From NCBI RefSeq assembly GCF_032191835.1, contig NC_083223.1, positions 63,674,001-63,738,000 of the forward strand: 64,000 bases of DNA, written 5' to 3'. Source of the DNA: Heteronotia binoei (taxonomy: Eukaryota). Numbering within the stretch: position 1 is the first letter of the stretch; every line of letters begins with the position of its first letter. The notes under the pieces were generated by a model. The model was given only the letters and a program-made list of their open reading frames with translations, was not told the DNA's origin and did no database searches. This document shows, one piece after another, positions 62,234 through 64,000 of the stretch. Made by a program: the position numbers and the translations under genes.

Positions 62234-62518
62234 TAGAAGAAGAAGAAGAAGATATTGGATTTCTATCCCGCCCTCCACTCCGAAGAGTCTCAGAGCGGCT
62301 CACAATCTCCTTTACCTTCCTCCCCCACAACAGACACCCTGTGAGGTGGGTGGGGCTGGAGAGGGCTCTCACAGCAGCTGCCCTTTCAAGGACAACCTCT
62401 GCCAGAGCTATGGCTGACCCAAGGCCACGCTAGCAGGTGCAAGTGGAGGAGTGGGGAATCAAACCCAGTTCTCCCAGATAAGAGTCCGCACACTTAACCA
62501 CTACACCAAACTGGCTCT
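62234..62518 (-). mobile_element. tRNA-derived SINE (Squam3-like), young
   Basis: Full length, (CTT)n tail, near-identical to 31995-32272. Confidence 0.9.
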
Positions 62519-63719
62519 GTATAACTAGGTCTTTATTGAGAATTTGAATGTGCCTGTCCTAGTCTGATATGCTAATCATAACCACAATGGCATTTGTGGT
62601 TTGCAAACCCACTTCAAAATACAGTGTGGAATTTGAAACAACTTTTCCGTAGCTGTATATTGTACTTTAAAGCTTCTCCCCCTAATACTGTTACTTCTTT
62701 AACTTTGTTATGCTCACTTTCCTTAGGTTAGCTTTGTAACCTTTAGCATACAAGCTTTATTGCAAGTATTTAACATGCAATTGACAGTTAAGTATCTCTT
62801 GGACAAGACTGAAGACAGCGGGAATAGCTTTATTAAATGGATTTAGAATTCTTATCAAATATTTTGTTCATTGAGCCTTCTTTAGCCAAGTCAATTTTGT
62901 TCTAAATCAAACTTAGCTTAAAGAATTGATGTTTGTACACTTCTATATCATCCTATTTCCATTCTAATATCATGCAAATGGAAGTACTTCAGTTACATTT
63001 TACACTACATTGGTTCAGTGATTTACTAGTACATTGTGTACTTGATCTGACTGAATGCAAAAATATTAGAGCCGATATGGGAAGTGCGCAAGCGATTTTT
63101 CTCCTTTCATTTTCAAGGCTTTCTGTTATTGAAAGAAGCTTTATAAAAGACTTTGTATGCTTGAAAGCTACCTGCAGCATATCAACTTTAAATGGCAAAA
63201 TTATTTTCAGTGTTGCAGTGCATCATCATCCTTTACACCCATCTTCTCCTCTGACTTTAATATGCAAAAAATAAAGTACAATGCTTATGTATATTTTGTC
63301 ATATTCATTCTTAATATTAGTTGCAAAATATTGATGCAAGAAGTTCCATAATTTTTCTGCTTCAGAATTCAAGCTTGTCTGTTGAAGTATCTTCATAACA
63401 TTGGTTCAGTAATGTAAGTATTGTCATATCTGATTCTGAACATGGCCCCAACTGCAGATCCTTAAGTCTGGTGGCTGGAGCTATGTCTTGACAGCAGACA
63501 TTGGCTTGGCCTCATTCATCCTCATCATGGTTGGTGTGTGGAAGATGGAGGAGGAGGAGGAGCTGCTGTATAAGGCAGGCAGAGGCCTTGGTGATAATAA
63601 AGGCTAGTGAGGAGGAGGGGAAGTTTGGGAGCTGCTGCTGCCCCCAGCACATGAGCCAGGCAGAAGCAATTTGAGTGGGGGAGAGTGGGATCTGCTGTTC
63701 CCATTGCATGAGCCGGGGA

Positions 63720-64000
63720 GCGGGCAATGGTGCTTATGTTTTCTGCAATATGTTCCTCATTGTCCCGTTTTGTCTGTTTGATCACTAGCTTGCTTGTTTA
63801 TTTATTTATTCATTTTGACTGCCCTCCCCCATCAAAAACAAGGCTTGGGGTTGTGTACAACTTCCAGTATTGTAATTTTGAGTATTGTAGTTCCAGTAAT
63901 GTAGATTTTGACCCTCCTTACATTTCCTTTCAGTTTCTTCTTCACAAGCCCTCTCATTTGAAAGAAATTACCTGTTCTAAAGTTAAATGTGGTTGCATTG
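63720..64000 (-). mobile_element. Degraded CR1 fragments
   Basis: 63725-63780 resembles 41300-41355 and 63925-63995 resembles 41600-41675. Confidence 0.45.

Noticed and set aside
62933-63351. ORFs of 113 and 64 aa and possible next PRIM2 exon
   Set aside because: AT-rich, no similarity to the expected LTARSLPAVQSDERL exon and no convincing splice pair.

Overview
Vertebrate intron-rich genomic DNA, inferred to be a squamate reptile (probably a gecko) from its SINE, CR1, L2 and Penelope content. One host gene is supported: the 5' half of PRIM2 (DNA primase large subunit, + strand). It has a CpG-rich promoter near 9.4-10.0 kb and six coding exons (11785-31749, 232 codons, all GT-AG and in phase); intron 7 then runs past the window end. 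Everything else is a dense, nested transposable-element landscape. It includes L2 LINEs (two L2-into-L2 antisense insertions), young CR1 copies, two tRNA-derived SINE families, hAT MITEs with 8-bp TSDs, an RTE 3' end and Penelope-like termini with hammerhead-ribozyme motifs. It also includes two related ~1.3-kb solo LTRs and a ~11.6-kb composite of two different DIRS (tyrosine-recombinase) retrotransposons carrying an LTR, a SINE and an L1 fragment. No rRNA, true tRNA or CRISPR was found. I see no unambiguous new system. The best leads are the DIRS/DIRS/L1 composite, the unclassified LTR family, the AviRTE-like RTE, the hammerhead motifs and a predicted stop-free PRIM2 exon 6-7 circRNA. TE boundaries without a TSD are approximate, and family names come from memory of motifs, not database searches.
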